DNA of 63,289 nt, counting the filler, from Octopus bimaculoides (Eukaryota): the NCBI RefSeq assembly GCF_001194135.2. It is 7 parts of 7 records of this genome, joined end to end, with 100 filler letters (N's around TTAATTAATTAA, not from the genome) between each part and the next. Parts side by side here need not be neighbours in the genome. Positions count along the whole stretch, not along the records: positions 17,902 to 38,366 come from NC_068988.1; positions 38,467 to 42,290 come from NC_068996.1; positions 42,391 to 56,077 come from NC_068993.1; 4 more parts are not named here. One strand, given 5' to 3'. Below the pieces are notes generated by a model, which saw only the letters and a program-made list of their open reading frames with translations, did no database searches and was not told the DNA's origin. Both the position numbers and the translations under genes were made by a program. This document shows, in pieces, positions 36,805 to 51,629 of this stretch (positions within the stretch are counted from its first letter, which is position 1; each line of letters opens with the position of its first letter).

Positions 36805-37684
36805 ACCCTTCCTGTTGGCCAATTCTGGACGTTTCTCTTGAATTGATGCTTTTAACTCGTCCAGTTGTGTGCAGTATTTCTCAGAATTAATTGTCTGGTT
36901 ACTTGGGAGAAGCTCATAGTTCAGAATTCCTTTCCAATCCCACCAGACACAAAGCAAGACTTTTTTAGGGTGAAGACCCGCTTTTAGGGTGGCAAAGGTT
37001 GGCTCATGTCGCTTACTCCAGGATCGCTTTCTCTGAACATTTCGATTGATAATTTATTTCTCATCACCTGTCACAATTTGCTTTAAAAAAAAAGGCGTTT
37101 ATAAAGCAAATCACAGATGGAGATGCAATCCAAAAGCTTCTTCTCACTCAACTCATGTGGTACCCAAACATCGTAGCGATTTGTATACCCAAGCTTTACC
37201 AGGGACTCAAGAACGACGGATTTTGATAGGTTGAGGCTTTCTGCCAATTCTTGGGTTGTGCAATGTGGGTTATTCTCAATCAATGACTTGATTTGGTCAT
37301 CATCTGTAGTGGTTGGTCTGCCTGATCGCTCTTTATCAATAAGGCTACAATCTCCAGCTCGGAACTTTGCGAACCACTTCCGTACAGTTCTTTCGGATAA
37401 AGAAACATCACCGTAAACTGCACATATTTCTTTGGTTGCTTGTGAGGCATTTTTCCCTTTACGGAAAAAGAAAAGCATCAAGTGCCGAAAATGAACTTTC
37501 TTATCTTCCATTTTAAAGGGTTACAGAATTAATACAGGTTATAGGAACATAAACCTTCTACCGTGAAAAGATAGCTTAAACTGTGTTCTAAATAGAGGTG
37601 TAGTCAAATCCTATTTTATGGACTCAACCATTTTCTAAAATAAGTCGAAAGATAAGCTACTATAAATCGGCACGAACAACCCAA
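36805..37684 (-). mobile_element. Mariner transposon, 3'-truncated, frameshifted transposase
   Basis: TA|ttgggttgttcgtgccg TIR at 37684. ORF 37083-37511 MEDKKVHFRHLML...RSGRP...WVPHELSE; then IVTGDEK and LCVWWDWKGILNYELLP...INSEKYCTQLDEL (36742-36957). Confidence 0.95.
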
Positions 37685-38325
37685 TACATACGGTTGGTTC
37701 AAACAATTAAGATATAGTCCATATATATGTATTACCCCTATTACATTGCGAAAATGTAAATCTGAGCCTAAGTTTGCTTATCATCAGATTTTCGGAGCAC
37801 TTGTTAATTACTTGTTCTTCGCTCACTAAAATGCATGCGGTGACATGCATAAGTACATGCGAATTTGCATACAATTAATTACAATTTTAATATCATACTA
37901 TACAGGAGGTTCTGAATATAAAGACATACTACATATAATTAGCGTAGCATTTTAATTAGTAACCCTTTCACAAGGTCTGGAATTTCATGGGGAGGGGATA
38001 AGTCGATTACACGACCCCCAGTGTTTTCCTGATACTTAATTTATCGATCCTGAAAGGATGAAAGGCAAAGTCGACTTCAGAGGAATTTGAACTCAGAACG
38101 TAAAGACGGACGAAATGCTGCTAAGCATTTCGTACGGAGTGCTCACGGTTCTACCAGCTCGCCGCCTTAGCATCTTAATTAGTAAGCCATGTGTCTTCAC
38201 ACTAATGCTGTATGGAGATCAATATAATCAACTGTTCACCTCCGAATCTGCTCCCCACCTCCCTCAAAAATTCGTGGTTTTTGTGCTTATGTTGGAAATC
38301 ATTATATATACTTGTTGAGTGTGTG

Positions 38326-38366
<41 letters not shown>

Positions 38367-40803
38367 NNNNNNNNNNNNNNNNNNNNNNNNNNNNNNNNNN
38401 NNNNNNNNNNTTAATTAATTAANNNNNNNNNNNNNNNNNNNNNNNNNNNNNNNNNNNNNNNNNNNNAATCCACGCCACCAAGGAACATAGACGTTGAATG
38501 ATGATGATGATGAGGGAGAGGAGGAGGAGGATAAATCTCTTAAAACTCTTATTATGCGGTTTATAATTTTTTAAATATAATATTTGTAACTAAAAGAACC
38601 ACCACTACCACCCACCCCGCCCAACTCACAAAAAAACTACTTTATAATGTAAGTCCCTCGTTTGTTTTGGATATCTTTCTAAATTACCTGGTTTAGTCGC
38701 ATAGCTTTGTTTAACTTCAAAAAAAGTTTGCCCATCACCCAAAACTATTTTGCTGCAATTTTTTAAATTTTTTTTTTTTATCAAATCTAAAAATAGAATC
38801 ACGAAAACCCGAAAAACATTACAAAATCTGCTGTTGATTTGATTTTCCCAAAGTGGGAACCGAAAATCTATTCAGAATTCTGTTCATTGATAAACAGAAA
38901 TATTCCCTTCAAAATGTGTGAGAAATCTATTGTGATAACTGACTTAACCTTGTTTTAAAAAGACCTTAATATTATAATAAGTTTATAAGTTTCCTCTTCA
39001 GCCAAAACCTTTTTTGCTGTGGTGTTATATTCAGATTAAAAATAGTACTGATGTAACATTCTCAGAATCTGTTCTGAATTATCCTTATTCGAAAAAGAAA
39101 AGAATCCACGCAAAACGTTAAATACTGTTAAGATGTAGACTTGATCTTCAGATGGCAGAAAGAGAAAATCTTCTAGATTCATTAATTTAAACTTTTAAAA
39201 ACAACGTTAATAATCCTTTCTACTAAATGCTCTAGGTCTGAAATTTGAGGGAAGGGGGACTAGTCGATTACATCGACCTCAGTGTTTCACCGGTACTTAA
39301 GTTATCGACCCCGAAAGTCGACCTAGCAGAATTTGAACTCAAACGTAGCTGCGGGCGAAATACCGCTGAGCATTTTTGTCCAGCGTGCTAACGATTCTGC
39401 CAGCTCGCTGCCTGAACAACCTTGATAATCAACAGTTAAAAACAGTTTTTCTGCCGTTTTAATAGTAATGATAATAATAATAAAAAATCCTGATGCATAT
39501 TATAGGAATCCGTCTAGAAAATTATTCAATAATATACAAAATACTTCCCTGCAAATGGTGAATGAAAACTGTTGCAGTGTGGACTTGGCTTTCAGAGAAA
39601 AGAAACAGAAAAACTATGATGCATAACTCATCTTTTAGAAGAAAAACTTCTTTGATAGCCATAAGATGTAGTTAAAACAGAATGAGTATGTTAGGCAAGA
39701 CACAATAAATTCTCCTTTCATGTCAATATTATTAAAAAAAATTCAGGATTTAAAAATATAAAACAGAAAAGAGGTAGGATTTTTTTTAAAGCTCAGAATA
39801 TTCTTATAGAGCTGTTATGATGCACGTTTGAGTTTTAAAAATACGAAAAAACGATTATGATAAACACAAATTGTAATCTTTAGCAATGTTTTAAACAAAC
39901 CGAAATGTCACACCTGTCCCACTAACCAACACACTCACAAAAAAAAAAAAAACTTTCAGAAATCCGTCCATATTCCTCTCAAAAGGAAAGTCATACAACT
40001 GCTATTGTAACCAACTTTTCATCTTTATCGTCATTTTAATATCTACTCTTTTATGGTTGCATGAGCCAGACGGAATATATTGAAGCAGATTTTTCTACGA
40101 ACTGATGCCCTTCCTTTTGACACCTTTGACCCTTTTTCAAAGTAATGTAATTTTCCCCCATGGCCGATCATGTTCTTCGGAGAATATTAGGAATGGATGA
40201 GACTGCTTGTATGACAATGTCTCTCACGATTATCGAACGCTATGAAGATATAGAGACAAAACATGCATACATTTATACACAGAAATATCTACATGCATAT
40301 ATGCATATATATGTATATACATATGTATGTATGTGTGTGTGCAGGAGTGGTTTCAGGTATAGTCCTACTGCGTGACATCTTGAACAGGCAGACCAAAGCA
40401 TGGTGAGTAATTTCAGGAGATACGGAAAGGAGCGTGTCGTATATGCATCTGTGTATGTGTGCCGTGGTGTGTGTGTATGTGCATGTGTGTAAGTGCGTGT
40501 GCGTATGTGCGTGTGTGTGTGTGTGTGTGTGTGTTGGTGTCTACTTGTTATAACAACACAAGATAGTAGTAGACGAGTGACACCGTCATACGAACGCTAT
40601 CCTTTCAATCTTCTGCGCAAACATATCTGGTCACGAGAAAATATTACATTATATAGAAACAGATGTATCTTGGCAACTAGAATGGCGTCCATCTGCAGAA
40701 ATCTTCCTCAATTGATTCCGTCCGACCTATATGATCTTGGAGAAGTGGGCGTTAAAACGATGATGATGATGATGATGACGACGACGACGACGACGACGAC
40801 GAC

Positions 40804-40836
<33 letters not shown>

Positions 40837-42875
40837 AATGGTGGTGATGATGATTTCAAAACAAAATTTCTTCAAAGCGAGAAGAAAAAAAATATTGAAT
40901 TATTTTTATAGTTGTCACCTACTCTTCCCTTTTTCCTTACTAATCCACCTTCTATCATTGTCCTTCAGTCCCTATTTCTAAGCATACCTCATAGATTCTA
41001 GGAAACTGTACCCGTTCACACACTTCCTGTTCCCCTGTCCTCACTCACTTTTACTCATCTCGTATCATTGAGGTTCACTCTCACACATCATACCGACTAT
41101 TTTGATCTCTTTCTATTTCCAGTCGGTCACACCTATTTTCTTTTCTATTATGTGAGTAGACAAGTATCACTTCTACAGCAAGAACCTTCCCTCTCTTTTT
41201 AATCTCTTAGCCTATAACCTAGAGTCACATACGTTTCTACAGTAGCTCTCCTTGGCCGAAGAAGATTTTAGTCTTGCAGACTAGTGTTAGTACCATGAAA
41301 CATGGCACCCATTACACTCTTTAAAGTGACTAGCGTTAGGAAGGGCATTCAGCCACAGAATCCATGCCAAAGCAAGCATTTGAGCATGAGTCGGTCTTTT
41401 GACCCACCGGATGCTATCAAACCGTCCAACCCACGCCATCATGAATATAGATGTTAAAAGATGATGATGACGATGATGATAATAGTAAGAAGAGGACTCC
41501 TGAAACTTTTTATTATACGATTTATATTTTTTAAAATAAACTCTTAACTTTTTTTAAAATATTTTAAACTAAAAGAGGACCCAAAATAATTAATTCATAA
41601 TGTGGGCCTCTCCTTTGTTTTGGATATTTTTTTTAAAATTCGTTATAGATTTGCAAAAATAAAAAAAAATAAATAAAGGGGATTCCCCAAACTACTTTAT
41701 AATGTTGGCCTTTCCCTTAAAGAGTGATTCACCCAAACTGCTTTATAATGTGATTTTTTGTTTGTTTGTTTTTTGAATAAAACATTTAAAAAAAATATTC
41801 ATCATTAATATGCAAAACAGAAAAAAATCTATGTGAGCGCGCCATTTAAAAAGATTTTGTACAAATTAATGCATTTAAAGGCGTCAAAGAAGTCTCTCAC
41901 TTCACCCCGCCCCCAATATTCAGAGTTGTCATAGCAATTAATAAAGATCAGGCTCTCATACTGCATTGCATGTCTCCCTGACGAGGAGATAAAAACCGCT
42001 GAAGAACTTCCAATATCCAAACGAGTGTCGCAACCCCCATATATATATCCATATATTAGACAAGTAAAATATCACTTTTCTCTTTCAAAATTTTCATCAT
42101 ATTACTAATTACTAACGAAATTTCAATGTATAAAAAAACCTCTCTTTAGTTCATTGTGTTAAATGTGTTAGCCTACACTTTTTTTATGTGTCCTGTCTGC
42201 AGAAGTAATACTTGAGAAAATTTTCCAATTTCATTTCTTTTCAAAAATATTTTATAAGTGAATAAATTTTCATAAGAAACACAATCTTATNNNNNNNNNN
42301 NNNNNNNNNNNNNNNNNNNNNNNNNNNNNNNNNNTTAATTAATTAANNNNNNNNNNNNNNNNNNNNNNNNNNNNNNNNNNNNNNNNNNNNTATATATATA
42401 TGTGATGGGCTTCTTTCAGTTTCTGCGTACCATATCCACTCACACGACTTTGGTCGGCCCGAGGCTGCAGTAGAAGACACTTGCCAAAGGTGCCATGCGG
42501 TGGGAGTGAACCCAGAGCCGTGTAGTTGTGAAGCAAGCTTCTTACCACACAATATGCCTGGAAAGAAATGAAATACAATAAATATATACATAGGTAGATA
42601 GAGACCTGAACTGACGCCTAATCTCAAACTCCTTCTTCCCCGACGCTAAAAACTACGTTCCCCTCATTATTTCTTCGTCGCTTCAAATATGGCTTCTCAT
42701 TGACACACGCTGATTAACTCTCGCACTTTCATCTTCACTTTCCTTTCTGAGTTTCCATTCTGATAGTGGACAAATAAATATAAACTGTCTACATGTCTTT
42801 CCTTCACTCATTCAACACCGAACTAATATAACTTTTTATAGTATTTTTCGTCACCTACGTTTATTATCATAATAA

Positions 42876-42930
<55 letters not shown>

Positions 42931-43931
42931 GCAGATTTTACTATATTCTTCTCAATGCTAATGACGTCAAACATGATTGTATGCATACCGAATTACCTTC
43001 AAGACTACCAAATCAGACTCTGTTAGATTATACTTTCGGATTATTTCAGATTACCATTTCGGATTACATCGGATCTGTTTTATTACATTATATAAATATA
43101 TATTATATATATACATACGTATATGATATATATATATAAATATATACATACGTATGTTATATATATATATATATATATATNNNNNNNNNNNNNNNNNNNN
43201 NNNNNNNNNNNNNNNNNNNNNNNNNNNNNNNNNNNNNNNNNNNNNNNNNNNNNNNNNNNNNNNNNNNNNNNNNNNNNNNNNNNNNNNNNNNNNNNNNNNN
43301 NNNNNNNNNNNNNNNNNNNNNNNNNNNNNNNNNNNNNNNNNNNNNNNNNNNNNNNNNNNNNNNNNNNNNNTATACATATATATATATATATTCACACACA
43401 CATATATATATATACATATATATTTCTATGGAAGTATGTATATATATATATATATATGTATATCTATATGCATGCATGTATATGTGTGTGTGTGTAAATA
43501 CCCACCTCCACACACACATATGTATACATAAATATACATAAATAAATGGATTTGCAAACTGGAGAAAGGCACCTCTAGACATAAACAGGACATTTAGAAC
43601 TTTGAAAGTGCTGAGGTTGCTACAGGACTGACATAAATGCTTAGATTTTTCAGTCGCAGTATTTAAGATTCATAAGCAGCAATATTTGTTAATAGAATTT
43701 TATATATATATGTACGTTTATAAATATAGTAAGTGAAACGAAAGCAAATATTACTCAATATATTTGATAAGAGCTAAATATATTTTAAATAATAGTTTGA
43801 TTCAACTTCGCATGACAAAAACTTTCGTGGGTGTATTGGGCACTCCATATAATCAGTTATATCCATCCATCCATCCATCCATCCAGCCAGCCATCCATCC
43901 AGCCATCTATCCACCCTTACTTCTGTCATAT

Positions 43932-45030
43932 ACACAAACATGACAGAAGTAAATTGGCACCCCATAAAACATCGTTTTATGTCTATTTTAACTTGTAAAG
44001 GTTTATATATTTTTTTTATCGATTGACATTTTCACTTTTCAAGTTCTACATGTAACTTTAATCATGTCATGTACAAAAGAAGCCTTGGAACTGTCTGAAT
44101 TTCAAAGGCGCCGTATTGTGGGTCATTGTGAAGGTGGGCACAGTCAGCATAAAATGGCGGAAAATCTTGGGATCCCGCTTTCTACAGTTAATAGAGTGAT
44201 TGTGTGATTCACCAGAGATGGGGAGGAGTCCACATCACCTCGCTCAGATCAACTAGAACCATCTGACAGGACTCTTCTTTTTTACTAAGAGAAGTGTGGC
44301 GGATAATCCTCGTTGCAAGGCCTCTGACATAGCAGAACACGTTGATGTCAGTCTCAGAAATGCTGTCGGGCATCTCCACAAACTTAGTCACTATAGCAGA
44401 GCAACAATAAGGAAGCCACTTCTTCGACCCGCGAACATCAAGCTGATAAAACACTGGACCAGTGAGATGATGGAGAAGCCACTAGCGTTGGGGACACTGT
44501 CATATTCTCTGATGAGTCCAGATTTGCTGTATTTCGTGACAGTGGTCGAGTGTGGCTCCGGAGATTCTGTGATCAAGAATTTGATGTGAAAAGATTACAG
44601 CCAACAATGACACACGACAGCTATTCTGTGATGGTCTGGGAACCAATTTGGAGCAATGGTTGATCAGAGCTGGTGGAGTGTGAGGGAAATATAAACTCAG
44701 ATAAATATGTGTCCATATTGCAGAAAGAACTCCTTCCAATCTTCTCCAGTGGGGAAATGATTAAAGAAGGCTATTTATGGAGGATAGGGCTCCTTGTCAC
44801 ACGGCTAAAATGACGCAAGATTTGTTGGATGAGAATGGTATTAAAAAGCTTCCACAGCTAAGCCAGTCACCAGATATAAACCCTATTGCACATCTCTGCG
44901 ACATAATGGACAGGACACTCCATAAAACAAGAAAGCATCTTCAAAGCCAAATCTTTTGAGAGTACTGCATGAAACTTGGCAAGAATTTCTGCAAAAGCAT
45001 ATTCGTCATCTGATCAGTAGCATGCCTAAT
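43932..45030 (+). mobile_element. Tc1-family (DD34E-type) transposon, decayed, 3' end in a gap
   Basis: [55 protein letters not shown]; frameshifts and stops. Confidence 0.9.
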
Positions 45031-45931
45031 ATGTGTGTATATATATATATATATATATNNNNNNNNNNNNNNNNNNNNNNNNNNNNNNNNNNNNNNNNNN
45101 NNNNNNNNNNNNNNNNNNNNNNNNNNNNNNNNNNNNNNNNNNNNNNNNNNNNNNNNNNNNNNNNNNNNNNNNNNNNNNNNNNNNNNNNNNNNNNNNNNNN
45201 NNNNNNNNNNNNNNNNNNNNNNNNNNNNNNNNNNNNNNNNNNNNNNNNNNNNNNNNNNNNNNNNNNNNNNNNNNNNNNNNNNNNNNNNNNNNNNNNNNNN
45301 NNNNNNNNNNNNNNNNNNNNNNNNNNNNNNNNNNNNNNNNNNNNNNNNNNNNNNNNNNNNNNNNNNNNNNNNNNNNNNNNNNNNNNNNNNNNNNNNNNNN
45401 NNNNNNNNNNNNNNNNNNNNNNNNNNNNNNNNNNNNNNNNNNNNNNNNNNNNNNNNNNNNNNNNNNNNNNNNNNNNNNNNNNNNNNNNNNNNNNNNNNNN
45501 NNNNNNNNNNNNNNNNNNNNNNNNNNNNNNNNNNNNNNNNNNNNNNNNNNNNNNNNNNNNNNNNNNNNNNNNNNNNNNNNNNNNNNNNNNNNNNNNNNNN
45601 NNNNNNNNNNNNNNNNNNNNNNNNNNNNNNNNNNNNNNNNNNNNNNNNNNNNNNNNNNNNNNNNNNNNNNNNNNNNNNNNNNNNNNNNNNNNNNNNNNNN
45701 NNNNNNNNNNNNNNNNNNNNNNNNNNNNNNNNNNNNNNNNNNNNNNNNNNNNNNNNNNNNNNNNNNNNNNNNNNNNNNNNNNNNNNNNNNNNNNNNNNNN
45801 NNNNNNNNNNNNNNNNNNNNNNNNNNNNNATATATATATATATATATATATACACATACATATATATATATCTGTATCTATATCTATATATATTCATATA
45901 TATACATATATGTATATGTGTATGCATATGA

Positions 45932-46035
<104 letters not shown>

Positions 46036-46855
46036 TAATATCTGTCTGTCTGTCTGTCTGCCTGCCTGCCTGCCTGTCTGTCTGTCTATCTATCTGTCTA
46101 TGTATCTATCTTCAATAAGTTCGCAGAGTAGAGGGTGAGATATAGCCATAGTGCAATGAACTAGAGAGTGTTGTGTTTGTGAGACTATGTAATATTTTGC
46201 CGTATTGAACTTTGATATTATGCTACGTAGTGAACTAGAGCTTTTAGAGAGACCAACAGACTTTATGTTGCATATCCTTTAATCCCAGATTAGTCCTAAT
46301 CTAGCAATCGTATGCATAAATATCTTCTAATTATGACTACTGCGTCTCTTTGGACATCCACAGCTACATCATCGAGTGCATCTTACTTTTAAAATGGTAC
46401 GGTATATGAAAGGATATTGCCTGCTATTTCTAAGAAATTTAGCAACCGCTTACAGATATAATTCGCTGGTTAAACCAGAAGGAAAGGTAGTACGGTACGG
46501 TGTTGTGTAGTGCACCATAGTTTTGTAAGTAGTATAAGTAATTCAGTACCTCTTTTAGATGTCAGCTTACTTCTCAAGGCCACGCGCCTTAACGTTATTT
46601 CCTGTATTGTCGTGTATATAAATCAGTTGTTCGTGTGTGTATATGTATATGTATAGATGAATGCGTATACATATATTTATATATATGTGTGCATGTGTGT
46701 GTATACACACGCACACGTATATCTATATCAATCTCTCTCTCTCTCTATGCATGTATGTATGTATGTATGTTTGTGTGTCTGCATATATGTACATATGTAT
46801 ATATGTGTGTATATATATGTATATATATATGCATATATATATATATGTATATATA

Positions 46856-46887
<32 letters not shown>

Positions 46888-47320
46888 NNNNNNNNNNNNN
46901 NNNNNNNNNNNNNNNNNNNNNNNNNNNNNNNNNNNNNNNNNNNNNNNNNNNNNNNNNNNNNNNNNNNNNNNNNNNNNNNNNNNNNNNNNNNNNNNNNNNN
47001 NNNNNNNNNNNNNNNNNNNNNNNNNNNNNNNNNNNNNNNNNNNNNNNNNNNATATATATACATCCTCTCTGTAATAATTTAGACCTTCCGATTGGAAACT
47101 TACGGAAAGAGGATCTTTGCCAAAGCATCATAATTAATGTTGCCTAGTTTACTTAAAGATCCTTCCTGATCGAAAATAACTATCATGAAAGACTTTCCAA
47201 CTATGACTCCCCAGCTTTGTACCACCTGGATCTACAAAGAACACAACATGAAATATGAACTGAACATAAGTCATATGCTACAGAGAAATTCAAGAAAATC
47301 AATAGACATATCGTGATGTA

Positions 47321-47548
47321 TTGGGTTGGTGCATAATTATTGCGGCTTTTTTTCAACAAATTTTATTCAACAGAAACATTTTTAAATGATTATTCCAGAG
47401 CATATTTACCATTTACTTCTATTACTGCTTCCCACTTGCTTGGCAGACGGTCAGACCGTCATTTAAAGATGTTTTGTTAAATATTGTTATTGTTTTTGTT
47501 GAGTAAAATTTGTTGAAAAAAGCCGTAATAATTATGCGTTCAACCCAA
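47321..47548 (-). mobile_element. Mariner-derived MITE (about 58-bp TIRs, TA on both sides)
   Basis: TA|ttgggttggtgcataattattgcggc... and ...gccgtaataattatgcgttcaacccaa|TA. The interior minus strand reads DRLPSKWEAVIEVNGKYALE* (mariner C-terminus). Confidence 0.9.
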
Positions 47549-47718
47549 TATTAAAAATAAAACGGTTTGCTGACAGACTCGTTAGCATGTCGGTTAAAAG
47601 GCTCTGTATGTTATAAGTTCAAATCCCGATTAAATAAGTACCAATTGAGTACTGGAGTCGAAGTAATTGACTGTCCCCCTCCTCACAAATTCCAGGCCTT
47701 GTGTCCATAGACGAAAGG

Positions 47719-47767
<49 letters not shown>

Positions 47768-48015
47768 GTAGTAGTAGTAGTATTAATAGTATGATTAAGG
47801 CGGTGAGCTGGCTGAATCGTTTGCTCTCCGGTCCGGGCAAAATGCTTAGCAGTATTTCGTCCGTTTTTACATTCTGAGTTGAAATTCCGCTGAGGTCGAC
47901 TTTACATTTCATCCTTTCGGGGTCGATAAAATAAATAGCAGTTAAAGACTGGGGTCGACTCATCCTCTCCCCACAAACTGCGGCTCTTGTGGCAAAATTT
48001 GAACCTGTTATTATA

Positions 48016-48053
<38 letters not shown>

Positions 48054-49710
48054 GGTTCTTGTTGTTATTAACTGAGTCACTTTAATTTATTGTCTGTATT
48101 GAATAATCACGATATCATAAACAGAAAACAGATGTCAAATGAAATTATGTCCCGGCTGTTACAAAGACAATTATTAGGATTTGTAATTATTGTTTGTTTT
48201 GAAGCTGATTGCATTTAACCGTCAAATTATTTAGATAAACTGAAATTCATTTTGCGATTTATAGACAAAGGTGAGGTGGACATATTTTAGAAAATATCTG
48301 ATGACAAGTCATTCTGCTCGACTGAGGTTGTCTTCGGGTGTAGCAGCAAGAAGAAGAAGGAAGAGGAGGAGGAGTAGAGGAATCAAAAGAAGAAGAAGAC
48401 AAGAAATTAACGAGTAAAATGAGATGAAGGATAGGAAGCTGACGAAGAGGAAGAATAAGAAAAAATCAACGAAAAGAAAAATCAACAACAAGCATACATA
48501 GATTTTGGCCAAATAGGACATCGGTTTCGTATGCATAAATTTGGATATCTCCATGTAATTATGCTCGTTTATTTTGTAAAATTTCTTATTAGAAGTGTTA
48601 TTATTTCCTAATACAACATCGTATAGATTAAAAGGCTTTTCGTCCGTCTTTACGTTCTGGTTTCAAATTTCGCCGAGGGCGACTTTGCCTTTCATCCTTT
48701 CGCGGTCTATAAAATAAGTACCAGCTGAGTACTGTGTGGGGGTGGGGTCGATGTAATCGACTTAACCCTTCTCCAAAATTGCTGGCCTTGTGCGAACATT
48801 TGAAACCAATATCTGTTCAAGGCGGTGGATAGTAGTGCCCGTCCAATGCAGTAGGTAGTGAAGTTAGTCCAGGATAGTAGATCGTAGAGGAAATCTTAGG
48901 TGATAAATGGTAGTGCAATCCGGGATGGTGAGTTGTAGAGTAGTTTGAAGATGGTGAATGGTAGAACAAATCCAATAAATCCAATATATTTGATAGAAGA
49001 GCCAATCAGGAACAGTGGACAGTGAGTTAATAGTTTGACGGGGTTTTATAACTTGTGGCATTGTGTTAATTTCCAAGTTCATTTTTTAGTCTCAAGAATA
49101 TCAAACCTTCGATTTTGGGATCGATCCGTTACTGGACAAGGATTCTGGATTATTTTTCCGGTTTTTTAAACTTTATTTTTGAGAGCGGTCGGGTTCACTT
49201 TTAGTACTCTCGTTTGTGAATGTAGTCGAATTTATTTCAGATATTCTCATTTTAAAAATCCTCTCCAGCTATTCGTTAAGACGTTGGTGTTGCCTTGGTG
49301 GAGGTTTTCGCTCTCTGAGTGCTCTTGTTATATCTGCATTTGTTAAACGGTTCACAAACATGCCTGCTTATTTAATTTGTTAAAATTTTCTCTGATTTTC
49401 TTTATTAATCAACTTGTTTTTGCTTTTAATATTTTCTACGATTCTATAAAATTTGTGGTTAGTTCCTATTCTCGCTTCTTCAGAGAAAGGCATATTAAAT
49501 TAAGAGTTAACAATGTTTGCAAAATATAATAAAAATCGAAGACAAACTTTAGTTCCCTTGCAACTCCCCACAAAAAACCATTTTTCATCAATTAAAACAA
49601 AGGCAAAACCTAAATTGTCTCTGGAGCTATGCTGCAACATCAATTGGAACAACAACAACAACAACAACAATCAATATTTAAATATTTTATTTATATAGTA
49701 AATATATATT

Positions 49711-49714
<4 letters not shown>

Positions 49715-49762
<48 letters not shown>

Positions 49763-49962
49763 ACAATGATAATAATAATATTCATCTATCATGATTATTG
49801 TGTTTCACATTATTACTAAAACGACCAGTACCAACATCACTTCCACCTTCTCCTTCTTCTTCTTCTTCTTCTTCTTCTTCTTCTTCTTCTTCTTCTTCTT
49901 CTTCTTCTTCTTCTCCTCCTCCTCCTCCTCCTCCTCCTTCTCCTTCTTCTTTCATCATCATC

Positions 49963-50015
<53 letters not shown>

Positions 50016-50018
50016 CAC

Positions 50019-50071
<53 letters not shown>

Positions 50072-50110
50072 CCACCACCACCACCACCACCACCGCCGTC
50101 GTCGTCGTCA
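49715..50110. repeat. (AAT)n plus compound triplet array (TTC)(CTC)(ATC)(ACC)(GTC)
   Basis: Direct reading. Confidence 0.95.
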
Positions 50111-50624
50111 GCGTTATTGTTTTGAAACAAATTTGTATTTAATTTGTATCTTTGCTAATCACATAAAATATCCTGGCCGACAGGTTAAACTGATTACTGA
50201 TATGCAAGTTCAAGATCGAATATAATCATACACGCACATATACACACGCACGCTCATGCACGCGCGCACTCACACACATGCACATATGCACATCAATAGC
50301 ATAAGCAATCATACGTACATATAAATACATCAATACACTCCTACATATGTAACTGTATATGTTTATGTGCATATGTATGTATCCATATACATGCATATAT
50401 GTGTGTATGTATGTATGTCATTGTGTAGTTTTATTTCAAGATTTCTACCCAATAGAGAAAGATCCGGTTTCGAACCTTGATCTAAGGCTCTTTCATTTGA
50501 ATTTCAACATCAACAGGGTATTTTTGTATGCATATACAATATATGTGAAGATTTTTAATTTTTTATTTTATGTAAGTATTCTCATGCATATATTTGCTTC
50601 TCTAGACATGCTCATATATACTTA

Positions 50625-51298
50625 AATGATAAACTACTGGAAAGTTTTACACATTTTTACCGTTCCAGGGATTGTTTGGGTCAGTAGTCTGCGAATCAGC
50701 TTTCTCCTTTCTAGTTTTGAGAAGCTTAATTGCTCAAGATTGGCATTTAGGCAGTGTGCTATATATCCTAGAGCCTAAGAACTACAGATATAAACCCAAA
50801 ATTGTATTCTGTAGATTCCTCAATAGTTCAGCGTAGGTATTTTCTTTTTCACTGATCTTTAGCTTTATGTTATCATCCGCTGGGCAGCTGATTTCTACAA
50901 ATGTATACAATTTCTCATCTCTATCCCAAATTATTATGTCAGGTCTATTATGTTTACATTTTATTGAGGTTTTCACAAGGACATTCAACCAGTAATACAT
51001 TTTATTATGAGTGGCTATAGCTTCTACCATATTGTAGGTTCTTATTTCTTTGGCTTCGGGGTTAACCTTTCGACGGATCTAATTATACAGTGTCCCAGCT
51101 ACAACATCATGTCTCATCGGTAGTTATAATCGCGATGACATTTTCGGACAACTGCTTATGATATAGGTGATATCTTGGATGTTAACGCCAGAAAGTCTGC
51201 ATCGGTTATCACAGTTTTCTGCTTTTCCTGCGTCTCTGTCCCATTTGTTCATCTGGTATTTGGTTAATATTTTTTGTTCTTGGATTGAAAACACAAGT
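50625..51298 (-). mobile_element. R4/Dong-type LINE 3' fragment (CCHC plus restriction-like endonuclease)
   Basis: CRLSGVNIQDITYIISSCPKMSSR...RHDVVAGTLYN; KCKHNRPDIIIWDRDEK..TFVEISCP (PD..E/D motif); ends TVKMCKTFQ*. Confidence 0.9.
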
Positions 51299-51410
51299 AT
51301 GTATGTATGCATGTATGCATGTATGTATGTATGTAGTATGTATGTATGTATGTATTATGTATATATGTATGTATGTATGGTTGTGTGTGTGTATGTATGT
51401 NNNNNNNNNN

Positions 51411-51446
<36 letters not shown>

Positions 51447-51629
51447 GATAGATAGATACGTATATATACACATACTCACAAACAAGAATACACATATTAT
51501 ATGTATATGGTACACACACACATACACACACATATATATACACACACACACATATATAAATGTGTGTATAGATATGTGCACACATGGTTTAATACTAGCA
51601 CATAGGTCTCTAGATACGAGGGATATATA

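Noticed and set aside
49782-50225. Poly-His/Glu/Asp/Arg ORFs (also 29003-29480, 32736-33092, 33608-33893, 61628-63268)
   Set aside because: Triplet microsatellites are open in several frames on both strands; no splice or compositional support.
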